A DNA stretch of 38,188 nucleotides, taken from Candidatus Woesearchaeota archaeon. GTDB taxonomy: Archaea; Nanobdellota; Nanobdellia; SCGC-AAA011-G17; ARS1403. Of this stretch, positions 27,208-35,045 are shown piece after piece; position 1 is the first letter of the stretch; each line of letters starts with the position of its first letter. The stretch covers positions 1 to 38,188 of the forward strand of contig JAGVZL010000012.1 in the NCBI GenBank assembly GCA_018302505.1. The letters run 5' to 3'. Under the pieces are notes generated by a model. That model was not told the DNA's origin. It did not search any database and worked only from the letters and a program-made list of their open reading frames with translations. The translations under genes were made by a program, and so were the position numbers.

Positions 27208-27349
27208 TTTTCTTTTCGACCAATCTCTTAGCGATGTATTCCTCCCTCTTCCTTAAAAACTCCATCCTATCTTCCTTATATAACTCCAAATTACTATCTA
27301 AAAACTCCCTTTCAAACCCTTTAATAGTCCTTACCAAATCGTTTCCCAT
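27200..27349 (-). CDS. Putative 49-aa charged helical microprotein (not in ORF track)
   Basis: MGNDLVRTIKGFEREFLDSNLELYKEDRMEFLRKREEYIAKRLVEKKNE*; stop overlaps the wHTH start by 8 nt; TATA-like TTTATATAAA upstream. Confidence 0.65.
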   Translation of the reverse strand: MGNDLVRTIKGFEREFLDSNLELYKEDRMEFLRKREEYIAKRLVEKKNE

Positions 27350-27423
27350 AAAAAATTAATGCTAAATATTTATATAAACTTTTTCACATAAATTTATAAA
27401 CAAAACCTTAAAACAAGGACTCT

Positions 27424-27780
27424 ATGCCAACCTTAGTAGCTTGCTTATCAACAGGGAAGGGAACATGGGGTCATGTATCTAAATTAATTGAGACTCATCC
27501 ATGGGACAAGATATTCTTAGTTACAAATGAGTTTGGAAAAGAGAATTTTACTAAAAATAGTAAAACAGAGCTAATCTTAGTTGACCCAAACCAGGGGATA
27601 AAGGAACTTCAGCAGGATATTTACTCTAAATTAAAAGATAAAGTCAAAGGAACAGATGTCTTCCTAAACATTGTTTCAGGCTCAGGAAAAGAGCATATGG
27701 CTTTATTGGCAGCCTTAATTAAGCTGGGATTAGGGATTAATATGATCTCCTTAACAAAAGATGGGGTTGAAGAGCTTTAA
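27424..27780 (+). CDS. Small alpha/beta Rossmann-like protein, CARF-domain-like
   Basis: Pattern b1(TLVACLSTG)-a-b2(DKIFLVT)-a-b3(ELILVD)-a-b4(VFLNIVSGSGK)-a(EHMALLAAL)-b5-b6; b4 loop resembles the CARF (D/N)x(S/T)xGx(R/K) motif. Confidence 0.6.
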   Translation: MPTLVACLSTGKGTWGHVSKLIETHPWDKIFLVTNEFGKENFTKNSKTELILVDPNQGIKELQQDIYSKLKDKVKGTDVFLNIVSGSGKEHMALLAALIKLGLGINMISLTKDGVEEL

Positions 27781-27818
27781 CCGAAATCGTTATTAACTTC
27801 TAAGTTATAAGAATAATC

Positions 27819-28862
27819 ATGCCAGACTTATTTAGAGATATCTTAAAATCTTCAGAATCTTTATTTAAAAATGAAGTTGCCTTAGATCCTGAATTTGTTC
27901 CTAAACTAATCCAATTTAGAGAAAATGAAAACCAGTATATAGCAACATGCATTAAACCCTTATTCCAAAAAAGAAACGGAAAAAATTTAATTATCCACGG
28001 CCCGCCAGGAGTAGGAAAAACCTTAGCAACAAAAAATGTCTTAAAAGAATTAGAAGAAGAAACAGATGATATTACCCCAGTATATGTTAATTGTTGGAAG
28101 AAAAACACAACATATCAGGTTGTTTTGGAATTATGCAAAGCTATTGATTATAAATTTATCCAAAATAAAAGAACAGATGAATTAATATCTATAATAGTTG
28201 AAAGATTAAATAAAAAATCTTCAGTTTTGGTTTTTGATGAAATAGATAAAATTCAGGAGTTAGATATTTTATATAATCTATCTGAAAGTTTATACAGGAA
28301 AACAATAATATTGTTAACGAATGAAAGCAATTGGCTGTTTAGATTGGATTCAAGGCTAAAATCAAGGTTGATCCCAGACCAATTAGAGTTCAAGCCTTAT
28401 TCCTTGACAGAAACTAAAGAAATTTTAAAGCAGAGAATAAGTCAGGCATTTCCTCCAAATACAATAAATGAAAACAGTCTAAATAAAATAACAGAAAATA
28501 CATTTAAGCAAAGAGATATCAGAACTGGTTTATTTTTGTTAAAGGAATCTGCAGAAATCGCTGAATCGAACTCATCAAAAAAAATTGAAATGCAGCATGT
28601 TGAAGAAGCAGTAAAAAGGGTAATATTCTCAGACACCGAAAAATTAGATGAAGAAGAAAAACAGGTGCTTGAATTCATAAAAACAAACATGGAAAAAACA
28701 ACAGGAGAAATGGCTAAGCTTTATGAAGAAACCCATAAAAAATCAAAAAGAACCTTCCAGAGAAAATTAAACAATCTGCAAAAATCAAATTTAATAAAAT
28801 TAGATGAAACAGAAAGTCCTAGAGGCAGGTCATTTAGAGTAAAGCCCTTGACTGAATTTTAA
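27819..28862 (+). CDS. cdc6: Cdc6/Orc1 replication initiator (AAA+ with C-terminal winged helix)
   Basis: LDPEFVPKLIQFRE, Walker A GPPGVGKT, YVNC, Walker B FDEID, RLKSRL, FKPYS, sensor-2 DIR, C-terminal wHTH ending RGRS. Confidence 0.93.
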   Translation: MPDLFRDILKSSESLFKNEVALDPEFVPKLIQFRENENQYIATCIKPLFQKRNGKNLIIHGPPGVGKTLATKNVLKELEEETDDITPVYVNCWKKNTTYQVVLELCKAIDYKFIQNKRTDELISIIVERLNKKSSVLVFDEIDKIQELDILYNLSESLYRKTIILLTNESNWLFRLDSRLKSRLIPDQLEFKPYSLTETKEILKQRISQAFPPNTINENSLNKITENTFKQRDIRTGLFLLKESAEIAESNSSKKIEMQHVEEAVKRVIFSDTEKLDEEEKQVLEFIKTNMEKTTGEMAKLYEETHKKSKRTFQRKLNNLQKSNLIKLDETESPRGRSFRVKPLTEF

Positions 28863-28891
28863 TTATATTCTATAAAATATATATTCTGATT

Positions 28892-28918
28892 ACATGACAC
28901 ACATGACACACTTGACAT
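28892..28918. repeat. Three 9-bp tandem repeats ACATGACAC/ACATGACAC/ACTTGACAT
   Basis: Directly visible after an AT-rich stretch (28861-28890), followed by ACCCCCG. Confidence 0.75.
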
Positions 28919-28963
28919 ACCCCCGTGGCCCTTTTAAATCTAAAAACTATATCTCTTATTACA

Positions 28964-29134
28964 ATGATAAAAGGCTATTTTAAAGGAATTGCTAATCTCT
29001 TCTCACAAGGAAAATATCTTGATTGGGGGGAGTACGAAAGAAGGATTTCTACAATAGAGGGCTTGACATTTATGACCAAAACATGCCAAAAGGCAGTACA
29101 AAATCATTGGCAAAAAGAGGGAAGAAAATGGTAA
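28964..29134 (+). CDS. Possible leaderless 56-aa microprotein
   Basis: MIKGYFKGIANLFSQGKYLDWGEYERRISTIEGLTFMTKTCQKAVQNHWQKEGRKW*; ATG ~25 nt downstream of TTTTAAAT (28932-28939). Confidence 0.45.
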   Translation: MIKGYFKGIANLFSQGKYLDWGEYERRISTIEGLTFMTKTCQKAVQNHWQKEGRKW

Positions 29135-29210
29135 ATCTAGACCATAATACTATCGAATCTTTATTCAGCCGCCAGATATCGGCTTTGCCAATAAAAAAGG
29201 GGTGATTAAA

Positions 29211-29315
29211 ATGGATATCTATTCAAGAAGGGAAATTGAAAGAGCTTTAGAAAATGATGAGATCGAACCAGTAGATGAAGCATTCATGCAGGGCTTCTTT
29301 GAAGCATCATCATGA
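29211..29315 (+). CDS. 34-aa acidic microprotein (paralog of 30368-30520; not in ORF track)
   Basis: MDIYSRREIERALENDEIEPVDEAFMQGFFEASS*; SD GGGGTGA ending 5 nt upstream of the ATG. Confidence 0.75.
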   Translation: MDIYSRREIERALENDEIEPVDEAFMQGFFEASS

Positions 29316-29326
29316 AAAATAAGAGT

Positions 29327-30280
29327 CTACCTAAACCGTGTAGCATAAATGAACAGAGCAATGGTCCTAATCCATGCAACCAAAGCCTTCATTTTCTCAA
29401 TCATGGCACTAAGTTTAGGTAGATGATTTTTCTCATAAAATTCATCACATCTCTGCTGCAAATCATCTTTCCTAAAATTAACATCAAAAGCTAAATCTTT
29501 ATCATTTTTATAATAAGATTTCATAACATCCAAATAAGACGTTTCTATATCGCCATATAATTTTTTTAATTCATTTTTTTGTTTAGTATTAAAATTAATG
29601 CTCTTCATAAACCTTGAAATCCTTTTTACCTCATCACCAATGCTTTCCATATTCATAACAATATACCATAAATGCAGCAATTCAGTTCCGCTCATTCCAA
29701 TTTTTCTCGAAACGCCAGGATTATTCATGGCCATTCTTAAAATTCTTTCAAGCATGAAGCAAAGCCTGTTAACATCAAAATCTCTATTTACAATACTAAC
29801 ACTATCTCCATCTTCAATGCAACTAATACAATCTTCCATCATGGATCTTAAAATAATATCAATTCTTCTGATAACATCATTAACTTTAACATCGTTTATA
29901 TTAAGAAAATTTTTAGCAACAATCTTATTATTAGTCTGTTCAATTATCTCCATAGCAACAAAATTATTCATTATTTCTCTTATTTCTTTAGTAAGTGAAT
30001 TAATATTGTCCCCTGATAATTTTATAACATCATAGCCATCAATATATGCATTATATATCTCTCCTTGAACTCTTAAAAAAGTCTTATTTCCTGTCTCAAT
30101 TAAGATTTCTCTCTCATCTATCTTCTTTTCATTATTAGAATGCAAAATTAATCTTGAATCCCCATCTTCCTCCAAATGAATTATATCTCCTTTGGATAAT
30201 TTATTCTTCTTAAGCCAGTTGCCCGGTAAACTAATAACATAAGAAGAGCTTCCAAACTTGATTAATTTTCTATAGTCCAA
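29327..30280 (-). CDS. phoU: AbrB/SpoVT-domain plus PhoU-domain regulator (archaeal phosphate-uptake regulator type)
   Basis: RKLIKFGSSSYVISLPGNW...LSKGD AbrB N-terminus; AYIDGYD; DFDVNRL; MESIGD PhoU-like motifs; TTG start with GGGGTGG SD. Confidence 0.85.
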   Translation of the reverse strand: MDYRKLIKFGSSSYVISLPGNWLKKNKLSKGDIIHLEEDGDSRLILHSNNEKKIDEREILIETGNKTFLRVQGEIYNAYIDGYDVIKLSGDNINSLTKEIREIMNNFVAMEIIEQTNNKIVAKNFLNINDVKVNDVIRRIDIILRSMMEDCISCIEDGDSVSIVNRDFDVNRLCFMLERILRMAMNNPGVSRKIGMSGTELLHLWYIVMNMESIGDEVKRISRFMKSINFNTKQKNELKKLYGDIETSYLDVMKSYYKNDKDLAFDVNFRKDDLQQRCDEFYEKNHLPKLSAMIEKMKALVAWIRTIALFIYATRFR

Positions 30281-30294
30281 TCATCCCACCCCAA

Positions 30295-30330
30295 TATATA
30301 TAGTATATAGGTCAATTATTTATATATAAA
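30295..30330. promoter_or_regulatory. Palindromic bidirectional TATA box plus TATATA-N3-TATATA operator-like element
   Basis: TTTATATATAAA (30319-30330) is a perfect 12-bp palindrome between divergent genes; TATATATAGTATATA at 30295-30309. Confidence 0.55.
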
Positions 30331-30367
30331 CATTTCCAAACAATTTAGAAGAAAGGAGGTGGTAAAG

Positions 30368-30520
30368 ATAGACGATTATGTTGATGAGGAGGATGTTTTA
30401 GATGATGAAATAGATCTTGAGTATACCTCAAAAAGAAAACTTGAAAAAGCAGTGGATGAAGGCGACATGGAAGCTGAAGATGCACTTTTTATGGAAGGTT
30501 ATTTAGAGGAGGATGAATAA
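30368..30520 (+). CDS. ~50-aa highly acidic microprotein, probable ATA start (alternative GTG 30359); not in ORF track
   Basis: (M)DDYVDEEDVLDDEIDLEYTSKRKLEKAVDEGDMEAEDALFMEGYLEEDE*; SD AGGAGGTG at 30354-30361; stop abuts the site-2 protease stop. Confidence 0.72.
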   Translation: MDDYVDEEDVLDDEIDLEYTSKRKLEKAVDEGDMEAEDALFMEGYLEEDE

Positions 30521-31759
30521 TTAAAAAATTAATCCTATAACTGATCCAAATAAAAAGTTAAACAGCTTAAATATAAATGGCATCAAACCAAGCAAGATTA
30601 ACGCCAAGCAGAAGAAACTGATAAATACCCATAATTTCTTTGCTTTTTTCTCATTTTTTATCAAAACATTAGAGAATATTAAAAACATCTTGCCGCCATC
30701 AATAGGACCTAGAGGTAGCATATTAAACATTCCAACAGCTAAATTAATTGTAAACAGCCAATAAAACAATAAACTAATCCAAGATAAAATTTTCCCTAAT
30801 AATTCTTTTCCATCCTCAAAATCAGAATTTATCACAGAAAGGGTTACTCCGATATAACCTTTAGACTCTCTCCAAAATGCAATTCTGCTAAAAAAGTTTT
30901 CAGGAGGTTCAATAGTAGTGATAGAGTAAGAAGAAACATTTGTTAATATATTAATCTGGTCTCCGGGTTTAATATCCTTAATTACCTTATAATAATCATC
31001 AAAATTATTAACTTCAATATTATTAATGCTTAAAATTTCCTCACCTATATTCATTCCGCTCAAATTAGCAGGATAATCATCATGAACTTCTCTAACAATT
31101 ATGCCTTCGTTATATATAGTAGAGCTAAGTGCGGGTGCGGCAGCAAATAAGAATAAAATCAAAAACAAAAAAGCAACAATATAATTAGAAAAGCTCCCCG
31201 CTGCTAAAACCTCAAGTTGTTTCCACCTAGAAATTTTATTTAATTTTTCTTCATCAGGTTCAACAAACGCAGCAGGAACAACAGGTAAAAAAATACTCAA
31301 AACCGCAAACCCGCTTGATTTAACTTTAACATCATGTAATCTAGCTAGCCATCCATGGCTGAATTCATGAACTGTAGCTAAAATAAAGATGCTTATAATC
31401 CAATGCCAAAATCCCAAAATAGGAATCTCTGGAGTTGCTTGAATTCCAGGTAATAGAGGAGCAATAGGAGTAGGATCTCCGTTAAATAAGAACCCATAAA
31501 CTTTAACAGTCAAAACAACAAAAATAATAATCATTGTTAAAAAACCAAAAATAACGCCTAAAAATCCAAAAGCCCTTGTAAATTTAGGGAATCTTTTAGC
31601 AACCTTATCCATAAATTCAAGACCAATCTTAGTCTTATACATAATAATATAAATTAAAGGGAAGACGATTTTTTCAACAGCAACTTTGTCCCTTTTAATA
31701 TACATTAATAGTCCAAGAAGTAGAGCAAATACCAATAATAAGACTAAGTCTAAATTCAT
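30521..31759 (-). CDS. Site-2 protease (M50) with PDZ domain
   Basis: VHEFSHG zinc motif, AFVEPDE, AAGSFSN, PDZ (GMNIGEEILSIN), FNMLPLGPIDGG. Confidence 0.93.
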   Translation of the reverse strand: MNLDLVLLLVFALLLGLLMYIKRDKVAVEKIVFPLIYIIMYKTKIGLEFMDKVAKRFPKFTRAFGFLGVIFGFLTMIIIFVVLTVKVYGFLFNGDPTPIAPLLPGIQATPEIPILGFWHWIISIFILATVHEFSHGWLARLHDVKVKSSGFAVLSIFLPVVPAAFVEPDEEKLNKISRWKQLEVLAAGSFSNYIVAFLFLILFLFAAAPALSSTIYNEGIIVREVHDDYPANLSGMNIGEEILSINNIEVNNFDDYYKVIKDIKPGDQINILTNVSSYSITTIEPPENFFSRIAFWRESKGYIGVTLSVINSDFEDGKELLGKILSWISLLFYWLFTINLAVGMFNMLPLGPIDGGKMFLIFSNVLIKNEKKAKKLWVFISFFCLALILLGLMPFIFKLFNFLFGSVIGLIF

Positions 31760-31767
31760 TTACACCC

Positions 31768-31932
31768 CTATTTTTTACTTTTAATAGCTCTGAAAGCCTT
31801 GCTTCCGCATTTCCTGCACAAAATCTGTTTATCTAAAATTTTTCTTATATCTGCTTTTCTTTTAGTCTTGCATCTCTTACAAACAAATACATTATGAAAT
31901 AGTCTCGCACTTGCTTCAGGGAATTTTGCCAT
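31768..31932 (-). CDS. rpl40e: 50S ribosomal protein eL40 (not in ORF track)
   Basis: MAKFPEASARLFHNVFVCKRCKTK...LCRKCGSKAFRAIKSKK*, 54 aa with a C4 Zn motif; 1 nt downstream of aIF5A. Confidence 0.9.
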   Translation of the reverse strand: MAKFPEASARLFHNVFVCKRCKTKRKADIRKILDKQILCRKCGSKAFRAIKSKK

Positions 31933-31933
31933 T

Positions 31934-32326
31934 TTATTTTACTTCCTTCATTACTTTATCTTCAAGAATGATCCAATAAGTAACGCTAACGCCTTCAACA
32001 ACTTTATCTTTCAAGTCTTCAGGGATTTTTAAATCAAAAGTTTCATAACTCTCTTCATCCATAACATTAGCAATATTATCATTAACACTTAAAACCTGTG
32101 CATTTTTCTTTTCAACAATAGGAACATCAACTTTTTCATGTCCAGGCAATACAATTACTTTCCTGCTGCCATCAATTAAACTGCTTGCATCTATTCTGCA
32201 TTTTGCATGTCCATGCTTTCCGGTTTTTGAAGTTTCAATTTTATTTACTCTGCAAGCTACCTTATCAATGATAACATAATTCCCTGCTTTTAAAGAAGTA
32301 ACATTAGTCTGTTTTGTTTCTGCCAT
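31934..32326 (-). CDS. eif5a: Translation factor aIF5A
   Basis: SKTGKHGHAK hypusination loop, VPIVEKKNAQV, MDEESYETF; start moved to MAETK (32326). Confidence 0.96.
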   Translation of the reverse strand: MAETKQTNVTSLKAGNYVIIDKVACRVNKIETSKTGKHGHAKCRIDASSLIDGSRKVIVLPGHEKVDVPIVEKKNAQVLSVNDNIANVMDEESYETFDLKIPEDLKDKVVEGVSVTYWIILEDKVMKEVK

Positions 32327-32474
32327 ACAACACATCAAAAATAGTAAATTTATAAAAGTTGTGTTTTCCAAAAAAATTCAATGTGTTCATAGAGGTACCT
32401 TCTGGTTCTAGAAATAATAAGAAAGTCTTTGACAAGAATAAAGGTTAAAAAGCTTTCTAAATTAGGTTAAGATA

Positions 32475-33116
32475 ATGATAGAAAAAAATGATTTCATAAA
32501 AGTTGAATTGACTGCAACTGCAAAAGAAACAGACCAAATCTTAGAAACAACAGATGCAGAAGTTGCTAAAAAATATAGCATTTACAGCCCGGAATATAAA
32601 TATGGTCCAAAAGTCGTTTGTATTGGTCAAGGGCAATTGCTCCCATCAATAGAAGAAGAAATTAAAGATAAAGAATTTAATAAAGAAATAGAAATAACTC
32701 TCCCTCCTAAAAAGGCATTTGGTAAAAAAGACCCAAAATTACTGCAGTTAATTTCTATGTCTCAATTCAGAAAACAAAAAATAAATCCTTATCCTGGCCT
32801 GCCAGTTCATATTGATAATTTAATGGGAATCGTAAGAACTATCAGCCCCGGAAGAGTAATAGTTGATTTCAATCATCCGTTAGCCGGCAAGCACATATTA
32901 TACAAGATAAAAATTTTAATGAAAGTTGAAGACTTAAAAGAAAAAGCGGATTCTATAATCTCAAGATATAATTTTGAATTCTCCTCAGAGTTAAAAGACT
33001 CAGAATTGTTAGTAAAGACAGAATATGATTTAAATGAAAAGTTAAAAGAGGACGCTGTTAAGAGGACTATAGAATTATTACCTATAATTAAGAAAGTGAA
33101 TTTTGTAAAAGAATAA
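32475..33116 (+). CDS. FKBP-type peptidyl-prolyl isomerase (long archaeal SlyD-like)
   Basis: ILETT, IGQGQLL, LPPKKAFGKKD, GRVIVDFNHPLAGK. Confidence 0.93.
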   Translation: MIEKNDFIKVELTATAKETDQILETTDAEVAKKYSIYSPEYKYGPKVVCIGQGQLLPSIEEEIKDKEFNKEIEITLPPKKAFGKKDPKLLQLISMSQFRKQKINPYPGLPVHIDNLMGIVRTISPGRVIVDFNHPLAGKHILYKIKILMKVEDLKEKADSIISRYNFEFSSELKDSELLVKTEYDLNEKLKEDAVKRTIELLPIIKKVNFVKE

Positions 33117-33161
33117 TCTTTATATATGAAGTAAGTATTATAAATATTTGAGGGGTTAAAT

Positions 33162-34316
33162 ATGGATACTATAATAAGAGATGCCAATGAAAGAAAAGAA
33201 GTTTCTGGAAATCTTTTTGATTCTGAAAAATCGTCTTATGATGGGTCCTTTGATGAATCCAGCTCGGTAAATGATATTGACAGGGAATTAGAACAATTAT
33301 TATCAAAACAAACCGCAAAAATAAAAGTTGTTGGTGCAGGCGGTGCTGGTAACAATACTATAGATAGGGTAAAGGAAGTTGGAATTACCGGAGCAGAAAC
33401 AATCGCAATAAATACTGATGCGCAAGACCTTCTTTATACTAAAGCAGACCAAAAAATTTTGATTGGTAGAGAAGTCACTGGCGGGCTTGGTGCAGGCTCA
33501 ATTCCGAAAATAGGCGAGGAAGCTGCTCACGAATCCGAACATGATATTAAAAAAAAATTGCAGGGTGCAGATATGGTTTTTGTAACCTGCGGTCTTGGAG
33601 GAGGAACAGGTACCGGCTCAGCTCCTGTAATTGCCGAAATAGCAAAAAAAATGGGATGCTTAACAGTTGGGATTGTAACATTACCATTTATAATGGAAGG
33701 GCAGAGAAGATATGAAAATGCTGTTATTGGTTTAGAAAAATTAGAAAGAATTGTTGATACTTTAATTGTTATCCCAAATGATAAGTTATTAGAATTAGCT
33801 CCCGATTTGCCTTTGCAAACAGCGTTTAAAGTAGCAGATGAGATTCTAACAAACTCTGTAAAGGGCATAGCAGAATTAGTAACAAAGGCTGGATTAGTCA
33901 ATTTAGATTTTGCGGATATTAAAGCTGTAATGGGAGACGGAGGAGTTGCTATGATTGGTGTTGGAGAAAGCGATACTGAAAATAGGGCTCTAGAAGCTGT
34001 AGAAAAAGCAATTAATAATCCTTTATTAGATGTTGATATCACAGGGGCAACAGGAGCTTTAATTAATGTCTCAGGCGGTCCTGATATGTCCTTAGATGAA
34101 GCAAGAAAAGTTGTTGAGGCAGTTTCTCAAAAGTTAGATGAAGATGCCAGAATAATCTGGGGAGCTCAAATTTTAGATGATTTAGAGAACACTATTAGGG
34201 TTATGTTAATAGTTACAGGGGTTTCATCGCCTCAAATCTTCGGATCTAGGTCAAAAATGCCTCAAAAAAAGAAAAAAGAAATTGAGGAAGAATTAGGGAT
34301 AGAATTCGTGGATTAA
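33162..34316 (+). CDS. ftsZ: Cell division protein FtsZ (FtsZ1 type)
   Basis: [40 protein letters not shown]-terminal LGIEFV; canonical ftsZ-secE-spt5-rpl11 order. Confidence 0.98.
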   Translation: MDTIIRDANERKEVSGNLFDSEKSSYDGSFDESSSVNDIDRELEQLLSKQTAKIKVVGAGGAGNNTIDRVKEVGITGAETIAINTDAQDLLYTKADQKILIGREVTGGLGAGSIPKIGEEAAHESEHDIKKKLQGADMVFVTCGLGGGTGTGSAPVIAEIAKKMGCLTVGIVTLPFIMEGQRRYENAVIGLEKLERIVDTLIVIPNDKLLELAPDLPLQTAFKVADEILTNSVKGIAELVTKAGLVNLDFADIKAVMGDGGVAMIGVGESDTENRALEAVEKAINNPLLDVDITGATGALINVSGGPDMSLDEARKVVEAVSQKLDEDARIIWGAQILDDLENTIRVMLIVTGVSSPQIFGSRSKMPQKKKKEIEEELGIEFVD

Positions 34317-34389
34317 CTCTGATTTCATAAGCGCAATTTGTAAAATTAATCAATAAACTTTATAAACCCGTTTTTTCTTCTTTTTTTGA

Positions 34390-34587
34390 ATGGAGCCTGA
34401 TGAAAATCAAACTCTCTTTACAAAATTTAAGAGTTTTTTGACTCAGTGTAAAAGAGTTTTCAGAATTACTAAAAAACCTTCAATGGAAGAATTTAAAGTA
34501 ATTGTTAAAATATCAGGATTAGGAATAGCAATAATAGGCATTGTCGGATTTTTAATCCATATGCTTTGGATATTAATAAAGCCATGA
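34390..34587 (+). CDS. secE: Protein translocase SecE / Sec61-gamma
   Basis: RVFRITKKPSMEEF followed by TM GLGIAIIGIVGFLI; position in operon. Confidence 0.95.
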   Translation: MEPDENQTLFTKFKSFLTQCKRVFRITKKPSMEEFKVIVKISGLGIAIIGIVGFLIHMLWILIKP

Positions 34588-35045
34588 CACAAATATTCGC
34601 ATTAAGAACAACTGCAAATCGGGAAGACCAAGTAATGGATTTTATAATCTCAAGAATCCAAAAGGGTGGAATCATAATTTACTCAATCATACGGCCGCAT
34701 GGTATGAGGGGTTATATCTTCTTAGAAGCAGATTCAGAACAAGAAGCAAATGAAGCATTCCAGGGTGTACCTTATGCTCGCGGTTTATTGCATAAGCCTG
34801 TAGAGATGTCTGAAATAGAGCCTATGTTAGAACAGGCAAATGTTCAAATGAATATTGAAAAAGGAGACATTGTTGAAATTATCTCTGGTCCTTTCAAGAG
34901 AGAAAATGCAAAAGTCACAAGAATCGATCAAGATAAAGAAGAGGTTATTGTTGAGATTTTAGAAGCGGCAGTTCCAATCCCTATTACTGTTAAATTAGAT
35001 TCTGTTAGAGTTATAAGAAGAGATCAAGGAGATGGAAATGCCTGA
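34584..35045 (+). CDS. spt5: Transcription elongation factor Spt5/NusG
   Basis: IFALRTTANRE, RGYIFLEA, KOW GDIVEIISGPFK, AVPIPITV; start 34584 overlaps the secE stop (ATGA). Confidence 0.96.
   Translation: MTQIFALRTTANREDQVMDFIISRIQKGGIIIYSIIRPHGMRGYIFLEADSEQEANEAFQGVPYARGLLHKPVEMSEIEPMLEQANVQMNIEKGDIVEIISGPFKRENAKVTRIDQDKEEVIVEILEAAVPIPITVKLDSVRVIRRDQGDGNA

Noticed and set aside
29023-29205. Tracked 60-aa ORF with TTG start
   Set aside because: It has no SD or promoter spacing and overlaps the better-placed 28964-29134 frame; only its last 25 codons (ATG 29128) are kept as a weak candidate.
32327-32371. N-terminal extension of aIF5A in the ORF track (similarly nre 10422-10487, spt5 34566-34583, S-layer 19964-19987)
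   Set aside because: These extensions span promoter/SD sequence or the upstream gene; downstream ATGs match family N-termini or SD spacing.
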